Assembly (NCBI GenBank): GCA_965197425.1
Contig: CBDANC010000006.1
Location: 1-56,862, forward strand
Direction of reading: 5' to 3'
DNA: 56,862 bases
Source of the DNA: Bdellovibrionales bacterium
GTDB lineage: Bacteria; Bdellovibrionota; Bdellovibrionia; Bdellovibrionales; JAUICD01
The notes under the pieces are model-generated. The model ran no database searches. It saw only the letters and a list, made by a program, of their open reading frames with translations, and was not told the origin of the DNA. A program made the position numbers and the translations under genes. The number at the start of each line of letters is the position of its first letter. Positions within the stretch are counted from its first letter, which is position 1. Below are positions 36,268-46,544 of the stretch, one piece after another.

Positions 36268-38202
36268 ATGGGCAAAATAATTGGGATTGATTTAGGGACT
36301 ACTAATTCTGTGGTAGCTATAGTTGAGAACGAGAAACCTATTGTATTGGTAAACCAAGAAGGCGAAAGAACAACTCCTTCAATAGTAGCTTTTGCCAAAG
36401 ATGGTAGTAAACTAGTTGGTCAGGTTGCAAAGAGACAAGCTGTGACAAATCCAAAAAACACCATTTATTCAGCTAAGAGATTTATAGGTAAGAGCTTTAC
36501 AAAAGCCCAAGAAGAGATCGGTACAAAGTCTTACAAGATAGCCGACAAGGACGGTAAATGTGGTTTTGAGATAGAGGATCAAACATACAGTCCTGAGCAA
36601 ATTTCATCTATGATTTTAGCTAAGTTAAAGCAAGCTGCTGAAGACTATTGTGGTGAAAAAATTACTGAAGCTGTAATTACAGTTCCTGCATATTTTGATG
36701 ATTCACAAAGACAGGCAACAAAAGATGCAGGCAAGATTGCAGGTCTTAATGTCAGAAGAATAATAAACGAACCAACTGCAGCAGCCTTGGCTTATGGAAT
36801 GGATAAAAATGAAGATAAAAAGCTGGTGGTATTTGATTTTGGTGGGGGAACTTTCGATATATCTGTGTTGGAAATTGGAGATGATGTTGTAGAGGTTAAG
36901 TCCTCAAATGGAGACACACATTTAGGCGGAGATGATTTCGACGAAGCTATTTTACATTGGCTTGTTGATAATTTCAAAAAAGAAACCAGCGTTGATCTTC
37001 TAAAAGATCCTATGGCACTGCAAAGACTAAGAGAAGCAAGTGAAAAGGCAAAAATTGACCTGAGTGCTGCTTTGGAAACAGAGGTTAACTTGCCATTCAT
37101 AACTGCTGATGCAACAGGGCCAAAGCATTTGAATGTAAAACTCACCAGAGCACAGTTTGATGTGTTAACAAGCGGTATAATTGAAAGATCAATGGCTCCT
37201 TGCCTCCAGGCTTTAAAGGACGCTGGTCTTAAAACATCTGCTATTGATGAAATTATATTGGTTGGTGGTACAACTAGAATTCCTGCACTTCAAATGAAAG
37301 TGGAGGAACTGTTTGGTAAGGAAGTAAACAAATCTGTAAATCCAGATGAGGTTGTTGCGTTAGGAGCTGCAATTCAAGGTGGTATAATCGGTGGAAAGGT
37401 AAAGGATGTTTTATTATTAGATGTTACACCTTTGTCTTTAGGCATTGAAACTTTGGGTGGAGTTAGCTCAAAACTTATTGAACGTAATACCACAATCCCA
37501 GTTAAAAAATCCCAGATTTTCTCTACAGCTGCAGATAATCAGCCGGGAGTAAATGTACATGTTGTACAGGGTGAACGAGAGATGGCATCTGACAACAAAT
37601 CGTTGGGACAATTTGAGCTTGCTGGAATTGAACCTGCACCAAGAGGTGTACCTAAAATAGAAGTATCATTTGATATAGATGCAAATGGTATTTTAAATGT
37701 GTCTGCGAAAGATGTAAAAACAAATAAAGAAAAGTCTATCAAAATTACTTCAAGGTCTAATTTATCTGATGATGAAATTAAAACAATGGTTCAGGAAGCT
37801 GAACAACACGCAGAACAAGACAGAGAAAAGCGTAAACTAGCTGATGAAAGAAACAGGTTAAGTAGTGCTATTTACGGCCTTGAATCAACGGCTAGTGAAG
37901 AAAATAGAAAGAAACTGCCAATAACTCTTGTAAATGAATTGGACAATGTTTTAAAAGAGGCAAAAGGGGCCATGGTCTCCGACGATCTCAAAAAGATATC
38001 AAGTGCATCTGCAAGTATCTCCAGTATAACCACAAAATTAACCCAACACTTGTATGAACAAGAATCCAAGAAAAATGATGAAAGCGGACAGGCTTCCGGC
38101 AATAGCACTGATCAAACTAAAACTGATACTGATACTAGTGCCTCTGATGACAAGGATGAAAGTGAAGGTACGGTTGATACTTCCTTTAAGGATGTTAATT
38201 AA
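36268..38202 (+). CDS. dnaK: Chaperone DnaK
   Basis: [34 protein letters not shown] [13 protein letters not shown]. Confidence 0.98.
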   Translation: MGKIIGIDLGTTNSVVAIVENEKPIVLVNQEGERTTPSIVAFAKDGSKLVGQVAKRQAVTNPKNTIYSAKRFIGKSFTKAQEEIGTKSYKIADKDGKCGFEIEDQTYSPEQISSMILAKLKQAAEDYCGEKITEAVITVPAYFDDSQRQATKDAGKIAGLNVRRIINEPTAAALAYGMDKNEDKKLVVFDFGGGTFDISVLEIGDDVVEVKSSNGDTHLGGDDFDEAILHWLVDNFKKETSVDLLKDPMALQRLREASEKAKIDLSAALETEVNLPFITADATGPKHLNVKLTRAQFDVLTSGIIERSMAPCLQALKDAGLKTSAIDEIILVGGTTRIPALQMKVEELFGKEVNKSVNPDEVVALGAAIQGGIIGGKVKDVLLLDVTPLSLGIETLGGVSSKLIERNTTIPVKKSQIFSTAADNQPGVNVHVVQGEREMASDNKSLGQFELAGIEPAPRGVPKIEVSFDIDANGILNVSAKDVKTNKEKSIKITSRSNLSDDEIKTMVQEAEQHAEQDREKRKLADERNRLSSAIYGLESTASEENRKKLPITLVNELDNVLKEAKGAMVSDDLKKISSASASISSITTKLTQHLYEQESKKNDESGQASGNSTDQTKTDTDTSASDDKDESEGTVDTSFKDVN

Positions 38203-38384
38203 TAAAACAAAAATTTATCTTCTTCTTTGAAATCTTATATCTTCCAGGATGTATTTGAGCCTGTTGTTTAACTCCTCTAGCTTAGAGATATTCTCTTTTA
38301 ATGAGATTATTTCTTTTTCGATTCTTACTTTATCTGTATCTGTGGTTTTGGATTTAACCTTTTTTGTAGGCATTTTAAAAAACC

Positions 38385-39092
38385 TTAAATATCGTATTCA
38401 ACTAGAATACGTTCTGCATCTATTACTGCAATAACATCCCTAAGTTCGTCCGAACGTAGTATTGGCTGCATGACACTATCAGCTTCATCTGCATGTGATT
38501 GTCCAAGTACATGCCCCATCTCATGTATCATTAAACTTACAAAGTGTACTTTTGATCTCAATTCTTCATCATCTGTGAGTTCATCACTACAGAGTTTATC
38601 AACCAAATTATCTTCACCGTTGCCACTTTCACACTCAGAATCATAAAAAGAGTGATGAAAATTATTTATGGACACATCCGCTTCTACTATCTCAGCCCCA
38701 ATCCATCTTGTTGAAGTCCTGGCCTGCTCCCTTCTTCGGTTTGTATCCCAATCCTTCATCCAATAGATTACAGATTCTCCATCATTTTGAACATCCTCAA
38801 AATCCTGTACATTATGGTTTCTACTTTCCCTTATATTGAATAACCTAATACCAACTCTTCTCTCCCAAATACTAGCAGCTTTATAAACAAGCTTTATATA
38901 TTCTTTTCCAATCTCAGGATTATCAGAGTCAATGTCATAAAAACTTTTGTGAATTAACATATCCACAGGCTTATTAAATTTCCAAGAAATTCTCTGCTGT
39001 TGTTTGTTAAGGAGGTAATTGTAGGCAACTTGAGGCCTCTTAGCACAAGATGTAACAACCAACCCAAAAGCTACAACTAAAATTTTATTCAC
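38385..39092 (-). CDS. Matrixin-family (M10-like) zinc metalloprotease lipoprotein
   Basis: GTG 39092 with GGGGAG SD, lipobox VVTSC, HEMGHVLGQSH, SVMQP Met-turn. Confidence 0.85.
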   Translation of the reverse strand: MNKILVVAFGLVVTSCAKRPQVAYNYLLNKQQQRISWKFNKPVDMLIHKSFYDIDSDNPEIGKEYIKLVYKAASIWERRVGIRLFNIRESRNHNVQDFEDVQNDGESVIYWMKDWDTNRRREQARTSTRWIGAEIVEADVSINNFHHSFYDSECESGNGEDNLVDKLCSDELTDDEELRSKVHFVSLMIHEMGHVLGQSHADEADSVMQPILRSDELRDVIAVIDAERILVEYDI

Positions 39093-39200
39093 ACAAAACT
39101 CCCCTGCGGACCTGAACACATAAATAAATTCATGCAAAATGATCAAGGAAAAAGATTCAAAATGTAAAAAGAGTTCATGGTTGTATATAAACTTAGCCAG

Positions 39201-39272
39201 TACGAGTGGAGTATCCACCACGGGTGGAGTACCCACTACGAGCGGAGTACCCACTACGAGTGGAGTATCCAC
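39201..39272. repeat. Four tandem 18-bp palindromic units in a divergent intergenic region
   Basis: TACGAGTGGAGTATCCAC-like x4. Confidence 0.92.
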
Positions 39273-39396
39273 CATCACCAGCTTTACTTACGCCATATGT
39301 CAAAACACAAAAACTTTCGATTTAGTGCCTATAAGGGGTTATATCTGTCCCCTACCCTCGTAGGGTTGGCGTCTATTTGTGTGAAAACCTGTTTGT

Positions 39397-41046
39397 ATGA
39401 AGGGGGGCCTGATGAGAGCAGCTAGCGTAACAAATATATCTAGTATGAAGATGTCTAGAATGGAAAGATATATTTATTTATTTATAATATCCTTGGTTCT
39501 TTTTGGATGTACTAGAAAGCAAAGTAGTTCTTTGCCTTTTGGTTTAAAGGTAAATGAGACTATAAGAGTCAATTATTTGACAGAGCCTCCTTCTTTGGAC
39601 TGGAGCAAGTCTACTGATACAACCAGCTCTTTCATTCAAACAAATATAATGGATGGTTTGGTGCAATTCGATTTTGATGCTCCAACATTAAAAGTAAAAC
39701 CTGCATTAGCCTCGTCTTGGGAACATGAAAACAACACTGTGTGGACTTTTAAACTAAGAGATGATGTAAAGTGGTCAGATGGAACACCATTAGTAGCCAG
39801 TCACTTTGTGGATGGGTGGGAGAGACTTTTAAGACCCACCACCGCCTCTGAGTATGCATATTATCTTTTTGTAATCAAAGGAGCTAAGGACTATAACAGC
39901 AGCAAGATAAAAGATTTTGGTACAGTAGGTGTCCAAGCAGTTGATGACCATACCCTAAAAGTTACCTTAGACAAATCTATTAGTTATTTTCCCCTAATGC
40001 TAACTCACCACACAACTTACCCTATAAGACTAGATGTAATTGAATCACATGGAGAAGATGTCTGGGCTGACGAGGGAAAAATAGTAACCTTGGGTGCATA
40101 CAGGCTTTCAAAATGGCAACACGATAACTTAATTCACCTTGAAAGAAATGAAGAATACTATGATGAGAAAGCTAAAACTAAAAATATTTTAGTTTACATG
40201 GTAGCGGAGCATTCCACGGCAGTTAGTCTATTTGATACTGGAAAATTAGACTTTCAATCAGAGGTACCTAAATCTGAGATTAGAGCTATAAGACAAAGAC
40301 CCGAGTATCGCAACCTTTCAAATTTTGGAGTTTACTACTACGGCTTTAACACAGAACATGAGCTTTTAAGTGATAAGAGAGTGCGACGTGCTATTGCAAT
40401 GAGTATCAACAGAGCAGAGATTACCGAAGTTATGGGTGGAGGTGAGTTGCCCACTACAAATATAATTCCGAAAGGATTAATTGGTTATAATGAAAATATT
40501 GGGATTAAGTTTGATCCAGAAGGGGCAAAGAAGCTGCTAGCCGACTCGGATATAGACCTAACCGGCAAAAAAATACTATTTCACTTTAACACAAATGAAA
40601 ACCACAAACTCATAGCAGAAAATGTTCAGGCACAACTTAAGAAAAATTTAGGATTAGAGCTTGAATTAAAAAATGAAGAATGGAAAGTGTATTTACAGAC
40701 TCTAAAGGCAGGTAATTTTGATATCTTCAGAATGGGATGGATTTCTGACTACCCAGATCCTCATGACTTTATGAGCTTAATGTTAAGCTATTCTGATAAT
40801 AACAGAACAAAATGGAAAAATAGCACATATGACGAAAAGGTGACTGAGGCATCTTCCGAATCTGATGAACAAAAGAGAATAACAATATACAATGAAGCTC
40901 AAAAGATCTTGCTGGAAGACGAAGTGCCCATACTCCCCTTGTACATATACAACACAAATATTTTGATCTCAAATAGGCTCAAAGACTTCCCTGAAAATGA
41001 AATGAGACAGTTTCCTATGAAAGGTGTTAGTATAGTTGCAGAATGA
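39397..41046 (+). CDS. oppA: Oligopeptide ABC transporter substrate-binding lipoprotein (true start probably 39445-39460)
   Basis: LFGC lipobox, EPPSLD, WTFKLR..KWSDG, GWISDYPDP. Confidence 0.92.
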   Translation: MKGGLMRAASVTNISSMKMSRMERYIYLFIISLVLFGCTRKQSSSLPFGLKVNETIRVNYLTEPPSLDWSKSTDTTSSFIQTNIMDGLVQFDFDAPTLKVKPALASSWEHENNTVWTFKLRDDVKWSDGTPLVASHFVDGWERLLRPTTASEYAYYLFVIKGAKDYNSSKIKDFGTVGVQAVDDHTLKVTLDKSISYFPLMLTHHTTYPIRLDVIESHGEDVWADEGKIVTLGAYRLSKWQHDNLIHLERNEEYYDEKAKTKNILVYMVAEHSTAVSLFDTGKLDFQSEVPKSEIRAIRQRPEYRNLSNFGVYYYGFNTEHELLSDKRVRRAIAMSINRAEITEVMGGGELPTTNIIPKGLIGYNENIGIKFDPEGAKKLLADSDIDLTGKKILFHFNTNENHKLIAENVQAQLKKNLGLELELKNEEWKVYLQTLKAGNFDIFRMGWISDYPDPHDFMSLMLSYSDNNRTKWKNSTYDEKVTEASSESDEQKRITIYNEAQKILLEDEVPILPLYIYNTNILISNRLKDFPENEMRQFPMKGVSIVAE

Positions 41047-42122
41047 AGTTTGGTGTTAGTACCCTGGTGCTAATTTTTTGTTTGTTAGCACTGAGTATAT
41101 TCTTTGATTTATCGTCTAGTACTGGTCCTCTACCCGACTTAGTCTTTATATCCTTATTTGTATCCATAGGAGTAGGAACTACTTATTTAATCATTACAAA
41201 AAGCTTACTTCTATATTTTATAAAGAGAATTTTAGAGGCACTTGGCACAATAGTTGTAGTTGCAACTGTTACATTTTTACTTTTACGATTTTTACCAGGC
41301 GGGCCATTTGACTCTGAAAAAGTACTACCACCCGAAATCAAAGCTAATATTGAAAGGAAATATAACTTAGATAGTCCTTTATTACTGCAATACCTTACCT
41401 ACATGAAAAATCTAGCCAAGGGAGATTTAGGTCAGTCCTATAAGTATGTAGGTAGATCAGTTTCAGATATAATTAAGCAATCTATTAAACCCACTTTTAA
41501 GCTTGGTTTTTATGCAATTTTAGTAGCTTTTTTGATTGGGATACCTATAGGAGTACTAGCCGCTTCTAGGCACAATACTCTAGTTGATAATTTATCCATG
41601 GCATGTGCTATTAGTGGTGTTGCCCTCCCTAACTTTTTGTTAGGAGCATTATTTATTTTATTTTTTTCATTAAAGCTAGGTTGGCTACCTGCTGCTCTGT
41701 GGGAAAGTCCTATTTATTATGTTCTACCTGTACTAACTTTAGGTATTAGACCTATCTCCATTATTGCTAGGCTTACGCGATCAAGTGTATTAGATATCAT
41801 AAAGTCAGATTATATCAGAACTGCTTGGGCTAAAGGATTAAGTGAAAGAGTTATCCTATTTAAACATGTTCTAAAAAATTCATTGATTCCTGTATTATCT
41901 ATATCCGGTCCACTTGTGGCAAACCTACTATCAGGATCTTTTGTGGTTGAAATCATATTTGCTATCCCAGGTATGGGTAAGCACTTAATACAAAGTGTGA
42001 ATAATAGAGATTATCCTTTGATATTGGGCTTAACTCTCCTATACTCTCTGCTTCTGGTATTAGCAAATTTAATTGTAGATTTATTATATTGTTTTTTGGA
42101 TCCAAGAATAAAACTATCTTAA
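41043..42122 (+). CDS. oppB: Oligopeptide ABC permease with two extra N-terminal TMs
   Basis: LPGGPF, GDLGQS, DYIRTAWAKGL, FAIPGMG, NRDYP, DPRI. Confidence 0.93.
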   Translation: MKFGVSTLVLIFCLLALSIFFDLSSSTGPLPDLVFISLFVSIGVGTTYLIITKSLLLYFIKRILEALGTIVVVATVTFLLLRFLPGGPFDSEKVLPPEIKANIERKYNLDSPLLLQYLTYMKNLAKGDLGQSYKYVGRSVSDIIKQSIKPTFKLGFYAILVAFLIGIPIGVLAASRHNTLVDNLSMACAISGVALPNFLLGALFILFFSLKLGWLPAALWESPIYYVLPVLTLGIRPISIIARLTRSSVLDIIKSDYIRTAWAKGLSERVILFKHVLKNSLIPVLSISGPLVANLLSGSFVVEIIFAIPGMGKHLIQSVNNRDYPLILGLTLLYSLLLVLANLIVDLLYCFLDPRIKLS

Positions 42123-42144
42123 ATATAAAAGCAAAACTGAGCTT

Positions 42145-43065
42145 ATGAGCAAACAACCTAAAGCTGAAAGACGAAAACAAAGAAGAGATAGACTTGTATC
42201 AAGCCTATGGTTGGATGCTTTCAGACGACTTAAAAGAAATAAAGCTAGTGTTATCTCTGCTTGTTTTATATTTGTGATGTCTATAATAGCTATATTTGCA
42301 TCAGAAATTGCACCTTATCACTTCGCTGAACAACACACTGATAGAATTTTACAATCACCTTCATTTCAACATCTGTTGGGTACAGATAACCTAGGAAGAG
42401 ATTTACTTTCAAGACTAATTTATGGTGCCAGAATGTCAATGGCCATTGCTGTATTTACAGCTTTAGTCTCAATCCTAATAGGTGCCCTGTATGGTGCAAT
42501 ATCCGGCTGGTTTGGAGGTAAAGTAGATGCATTTATGATGCGGGCAATGGACACCCTATATTCCATACCAGCATTGGTCTTACTAATTTTAGTGATGGTT
42601 ATATTTAATTCTATAGAAATATTTGAACACCCGGAACTAAAGGCAATGATGGGCATTTTCTTTGCTCTTAGTATCGTGGGCTGGGTTAGTGTTGCCAGAC
42701 TTGTAAGAGGTCAGGTCTTACAAGTAAAAGAAATGCTGTACGTTGAAGCCGCTTATGCAATGGGGGCCAAGGGCACTAGAATTTTAATAAAACACATATT
42801 GCCTAACATTATAGGCCCTATCATTATAACATTAACATTTCAAATTCCATCCAATGTTTTATTTGAAAGTTTTTTGAGCTTCATAGGCTTGGGATTGCAG
42901 CCCCCTTACAGTAGTTGGGGAGTTTTAGCAAATGAAGGCTGGAGATCTCTTAGAACATACCCTCACTTAATCATTTCTCCTAGTATTGCCATATTTCTAA
43001 CAATGCTATCGTTTAATTTGTTTGGAGACGGATTAAGGGATGCAGTTGATCCAAAACTAAAATAA
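42145..43065 (+). CDS. oppC: Oligopeptide ABC permease
   Basis: LGTDNLGRD, YVEAA..GA, HILPN, FNLFGDGLRDAVDP. Confidence 0.93.
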   Translation: MSKQPKAERRKQRRDRLVSSLWLDAFRRLKRNKASVISACFIFVMSIIAIFASEIAPYHFAEQHTDRILQSPSFQHLLGTDNLGRDLLSRLIYGARMSMAIAVFTALVSILIGALYGAISGWFGGKVDAFMMRAMDTLYSIPALVLLILVMVIFNSIEIFEHPELKAMMGIFFALSIVGWVSVARLVRGQVLQVKEMLYVEAAYAMGAKGTRILIKHILPNIIGPIIITLTFQIPSNVLFESFLSFIGLGLQPPYSSWGVLANEGWRSLRTYPHLIISPSIAIFLTMLSFNLFGDGLRDAVDPKLK

Positions 43066-43066
43066 C

Positions 43067-43170
43067 TTCGGTTTCTGAACTTTCATTGCAAAAACAAGCA
43101 ATGAATACCAAAACACATACATTTAAAAAACACTTTCGATTTTCGGTTTTTGAACTTTCATTGCAAAAAC
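43067..43170. repeat. 29-bp direct repeat x2 separated by 46 bp
   Basis: TTCGGTTT(C/T)TGAACTTTCATTGCAAAAAC at 43067 and 43142. Confidence 0.85.
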
Positions 43171-43209
43171 GAACAACCTTTTTGATTAGGCAACTGATTT
43201 TTAAAAAGA

Positions 43210-43280
43210 TGCCAGATCACAGATCCTTAAGTGCCAGATCACAGATCCTTAAGTGCCAGATCCCAGATTTGATCGGGCAA
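43210..43280. repeat. 22-bp tandem repeat (2 full copies plus a divergent third) related to the four-helix-bundle flank
   Basis: TGCCAGATCACAGATCCTTAAG x2, then TGCCAGATCCCAGATTTGATCGGGCAA. Confidence 0.85.
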
Positions 43281-43286
43281 TAAATG

Positions 43287-43979
43287 TTATTGTACTTCTA
43301 TGACAGTAAATACATAGTCTCTAAGCCCATATCTCTCAGCAGAAATCATATTTCTATCTCTATCAGCTACTTTTGGAAGTTTTGTTGACTGCATATAGGC
43401 AATACAACTTATCTTTATGTTATCGGGGCTATAACCCACCCCACTACAGTCTTGCTTAAGCTCGTTTAAATTTATACTACCTCTGGTAGCAGTGATAGAT
43501 AATATACTGTCTTTTATTTCAAGGTTTTCTACAAAACTATTTTGCTGAAAATGAGGCGTGTCCCAGTTCTGTGCAATTACAACAATCTTTTGACCATAGC
43601 TTAGTTTTTCATTTAAATAAGAGACAACTTTTTCTTTGTTTTCATATGGCATATGCTCCGTAGGAACATCAAATAGAACCTTTTGATTTATAAGAACTAT
43701 TACCTCATCAAAACTTTTTTGTACTTTAATGCTTTGTACAATAAAACCATCCACAATTTTTAGGTCATCTGGATCACTTATTCCTATTGCTATGATAGGA
43801 TGATTTCCTATATCACGAGCCAGCTGATTAAACAGCACACTACCTATTTTTTCAAAACTATCAAAGTTAGATGGCTTGATTATTGGTTTAGGCCTAGGAT
43901 TTACTCCAAATTTTATTATAAAAAATAAAGGTACAGCTATTGCGAGCAAGGATAAAACGACCAAAACAGAATTTTTCAT
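43287..43979 (-). CDS. Hypothetical membrane-anchored protein
   Basis: 230-aa ORF with N-terminal TM followed by PRPKPIIKPS. Confidence 0.7.
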   Translation of the reverse strand: MKNSVLVVLSLLAIAVPLFFIIKFGVNPRPKPIIKPSNFDSFEKIGSVLFNQLARDIGNHPIIAIGISDPDDLKIVDGFIVQSIKVQKSFDEVIVLINQKVLFDVPTEHMPYENKEKVVSYLNEKLSYGQKIVVIAQNWDTPHFQQNSFVENLEIKDSILSITATRGSINLNELKQDCSGVGYSPDNIKISCIAYMQSTKLPKVADRDRNMISAERYGLRDYVFTVIEVQ

Positions 43980-44068
43980 ATCTCTATATCGCCCTTTACC
44001 CTTCTTGAGACAAATAAAAACACAAACCTTTTGAAAAAACTTTTCTTTAGCTATAAATTAAACAGCAT

Positions 44069-44620
44069 ATGAGCCAAAACGCAAAAAACAAAAACATAGT
44101 TTTCGGGCTATCAGGATCAATAGCCTGCTTTAAGGCCTGCCAGGCCATATCAGTTCTAGCACAAAAAGGTTTTAAGATACAAACTATAGTAACAAAGAGT
44201 GCCCTAAAATTTATAGGTAAGGCAACCTTAGAAGGCCTTACAGGTAATAGGGTTTTATCTGATATGTATGAAGAGGGCTATCAAATGCAACATATTGATA
44301 TTTTGCAAAATATGAGTGTTTTTGTAATATGTCCCGCCACAGCCAGCATTATTAATAAAATGGCCAGTGGTATTTGTGATAATTTACTTGTTAGTAGTTT
44401 TGTGGCTAATAATTTTAAAAAACCCACCATCATATTTCCAGCTATGAATACTGATATGCTTAACTATCCAGCCACAAAAAGATCTCTAGAAGTCTTAGCT
44501 AAATGGGGTGCTAAAATTGAACACGGAGAGTCAGGTTACTTAGCATGTGGACAATATGGACTAGGTAGAATTAGTGAGCCGGAGGAAATAACCAAAGTAA
44601 TACTAAAGGTCTTCAAATGA
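44069..44620 (+). CDS. coaC: Phosphopantothenoylcysteine decarboxylase (stand-alone)
   Basis: GLSGSIACFKA, PATASIINKMASG, PAMNTDM, GYLACG..GLGR. Confidence 0.92.
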   Translation: MSQNAKNKNIVFGLSGSIACFKACQAISVLAQKGFKIQTIVTKSALKFIGKATLEGLTGNRVLSDMYEEGYQMQHIDILQNMSVFVICPATASIINKMASGICDNLLVSSFVANNFKKPTIIFPAMNTDMLNYPATKRSLEVLAKWGAKIEHGESGYLACGQYGLGRISEPEEITKVILKVFK

Positions 44621-44670
44621 GTCCAATAAAGTGAGCTTGCTTGCTTTTTGGACTCATTGTTGCCCAGCAC
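44606..44670 (+). repeat. Short hairpin cassette that supplies the coaC stop codon
   Basis: AAGGTCTTC-AAATGAGTCCAA...TTGGACTCATT-GTTGCCCAGC. Confidence 0.85.
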
Positions 44671-44700
44671 TTTAACGTATAATATGACTTAAGTGACTAC

Positions 44701-45387
44701 ATGAATATACTTGTAACAGCAGGAGCAACTAGAGAAAAAATTGATGCAATAAGGTTTATCACCAACATCAGTACAGGAAAAACTGGACTATTTATTGCAT
44801 CTTATTTTAGTGAAAATGGCCACAGTGTCACTTTGCTAAAGCCTAAAAGTGTCACAGTGTCAGGTGCTCGATACAAAACAGATTCATTTGTCAGTGTTAA
44901 TGATCTCAAAAACAAACTTCATTTTTATCTCCAAAACTATACCTTTGATGCTGTGATACACTCGGCTGCGGTTGGTGATTTTAATGTAAACTACATAAAT
45001 CAAAACAATAAAAAAATAAAAAACCCTGACAAGAAGCTTAAAACATCTGACACATTAACAATCGAGCTTAAAGCCAATCCAAAACTCTTAAGTGAACTTA
45101 AATCTCTATCTAAAAATCCAAATATTTTAGTTGTAGGATTTAAGTTATCATACAACACCCAAGAAAAACCTAAACCAGATCAAAAGGTCGATATATGGGT
45201 TAGCAACAAGTATGAAGATGTAGATGGCTTTTTGCATAAAGCAGAAATTTATACAAATACAGGTGGAGTATCCACCACGAGTGGAGTTTCCGCTACAAGC
45301 GGAGTTTCCGCTGACAGTACAAAGAAAGTTAATAATAAAAAAGAACTATCTTGTGTTCTATTAGATATGATACAAAAGCTATTATGA
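44701..45387 (+). CDS. coaB: Phosphopantothenate--cysteine ligase (stand-alone) with an 18-aa repeat insertion
   Basis: VTAGATREKIDAIRFITNISTGKTG, HSAAVGDF, VVGFKL. Confidence 0.92.
   Translation: MNILVTAGATREKIDAIRFITNISTGKTGLFIASYFSENGHSVTLLKPKSVTVSGARYKTDSFVSVNDLKNKLHFYLQNYTFDAVIHSAAVGDFNVNYINQNNKKIKNPDKKLKTSDTLTIELKANPKLLSELKSLSKNPNILVVGFKLSYNTQEKPKPDQKVDIWVSNKYEDVDGFLHKAEIYTNTGGVSTTSGVSATSGVSADSTKKVNNKKELSCVLLDMIQKLL
45258..45311. repeat. Three 18-bp units inside coaB (TGGVSTTSGVSATSGVSA)
   Basis: TACAGGTGGAGTATCCAC CACGAGTGGAGTTTCCGC TACAAGCGGAGTTTCCGC. Confidence 0.92.
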
Positions 45388-46160
45388 TTATGGCATTGGA
45401 CATAGGTAATACACACATTTTTGGGGGTGTATTTGTAGAAGGTAAGCTTGCCTTTCGTTTTAGGAAAGGAACTTCACACAACACATCCTCAGATGAGCTT
45501 GGGATATTCTTAAGAACCATTCTAAAGGAAAATTCTCTTGATCGTATTGAAAAGATTGCTTGTTGCTCCGTAGTGCCTGATGTACTTCACACAATAAGAA
45601 ACTGCTCACTTAAATATTTTTCTATAGAACCATCCATACTTACCTCTACAAATACCAATATCAAAGTGTTGTACAAAAATCCTCTAGAGGTGGGGTCAGA
45701 TAGAATTGCAAATGCTCTTGCAGCCACAAATCTTTATCCTGGAAAAAATATTATTGTGGTAGATTTTGGTACTGCAAATACATTTTGTGCTATTTCAAAA
45801 AACCTGGAATACTTAGGAGGTTTGATAACACCAGGGCTTAAGCTATCGATGAATGCATTAGTACAAAATACAGCAAAACTCCCTAAAGTAGAAATAAAAA
45901 AGCCAGAGAATTTTTTAGGTTCCTCAACAGTAGAAAGTATTCAATCTGGTTTGTACCACGGAAGCTTGATAATGGTACAAGGACTTATAAATAAAATGAA
46001 AGATAAGCGCGGATGGTGTAACCATTTACTAAACGATGCATTCGTAATTGGAACAGGTGGCTTTTCTAGCTTGTTTGCAAACGAAAATTTGTTTGACACT
46101 GTAGATCAAAGCCTTGTGTTAAAGGGCTTACACATCCACACCTTGCAATTAACAAACTAA
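45384..46160 (+). CDS. coaX: Type III pantothenate kinase
   Basis: LDIGNT, EVGSDR, VDFGTA, GGLITPG, IGTGG. Confidence 0.95.
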   Translation: MIMALDIGNTHIFGGVFVEGKLAFRFRKGTSHNTSSDELGIFLRTILKENSLDRIEKIACCSVVPDVLHTIRNCSLKYFSIEPSILTSTNTNIKVLYKNPLEVGSDRIANALAATNLYPGKNIIVVDFGTANTFCAISKNLEYLGGLITPGLKLSMNALVQNTAKLPKVEIKKPENFLGSSTVESIQSGLYHGSLIMVQGLINKMKDKRGWCNHLLNDAFVIGTGGFSSLFANENLFDTVDQSLVLKGLHIHTLQLTN

Positions 46161-46265
46161 CAACACTGACCCTCCACTTGACAAAAATCAACTTGATACT
46201 GTTCTCACACCGAGGCACTTTTAGCACATAGGATTTTTCTTATTTAGTTTAAAGAAATTACATTA

Positions 46266-46423
46266 AAGGTCTTCCGAATGAGGTAAATAAGGGAAGCTTC
46301 GCTTTCCTTTTTTCAATTGGCTCACGGGATAAATCTTTATACTTTCCAATTGAAAGAACCTTCCTACAGTCGGTTTTTTATCCGAGTGATTGCCCAGCTC
46401 TGGAACATGATGCCGATCCCGTC
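46266..46423 (+). repeat. Hairpin cassette type I+Y
   Basis: Colinear with 21338-21468 plus the TGGAACA.GATGC.GATCCCGTC tail. Confidence 0.92.
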
Positions 46424-46544
46424 ACTATAAACTATTTTACACAACCTTAGGTTATTATTGCAAAATTCATCCATCCATGCTACAAAAGCATTCGAGGCAA
46501 TCAGCTCTACTCGCTTCAACCTAATAACCAAACACTTATTTTAT

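Noticed and set aside
39093..39425. N-terminal extension of the matrixin ORF to 39278 and small ORFs 39139-39363 and 39177-39425
   Set aside because: These frames are open partly because of the 18-bp array; a GTG with SD and lipobox at 39092 explains the gene.
43067..43170. CRISPR array
   Set aside because: Only two repeats, no leader evidence and no cas genes in the window.
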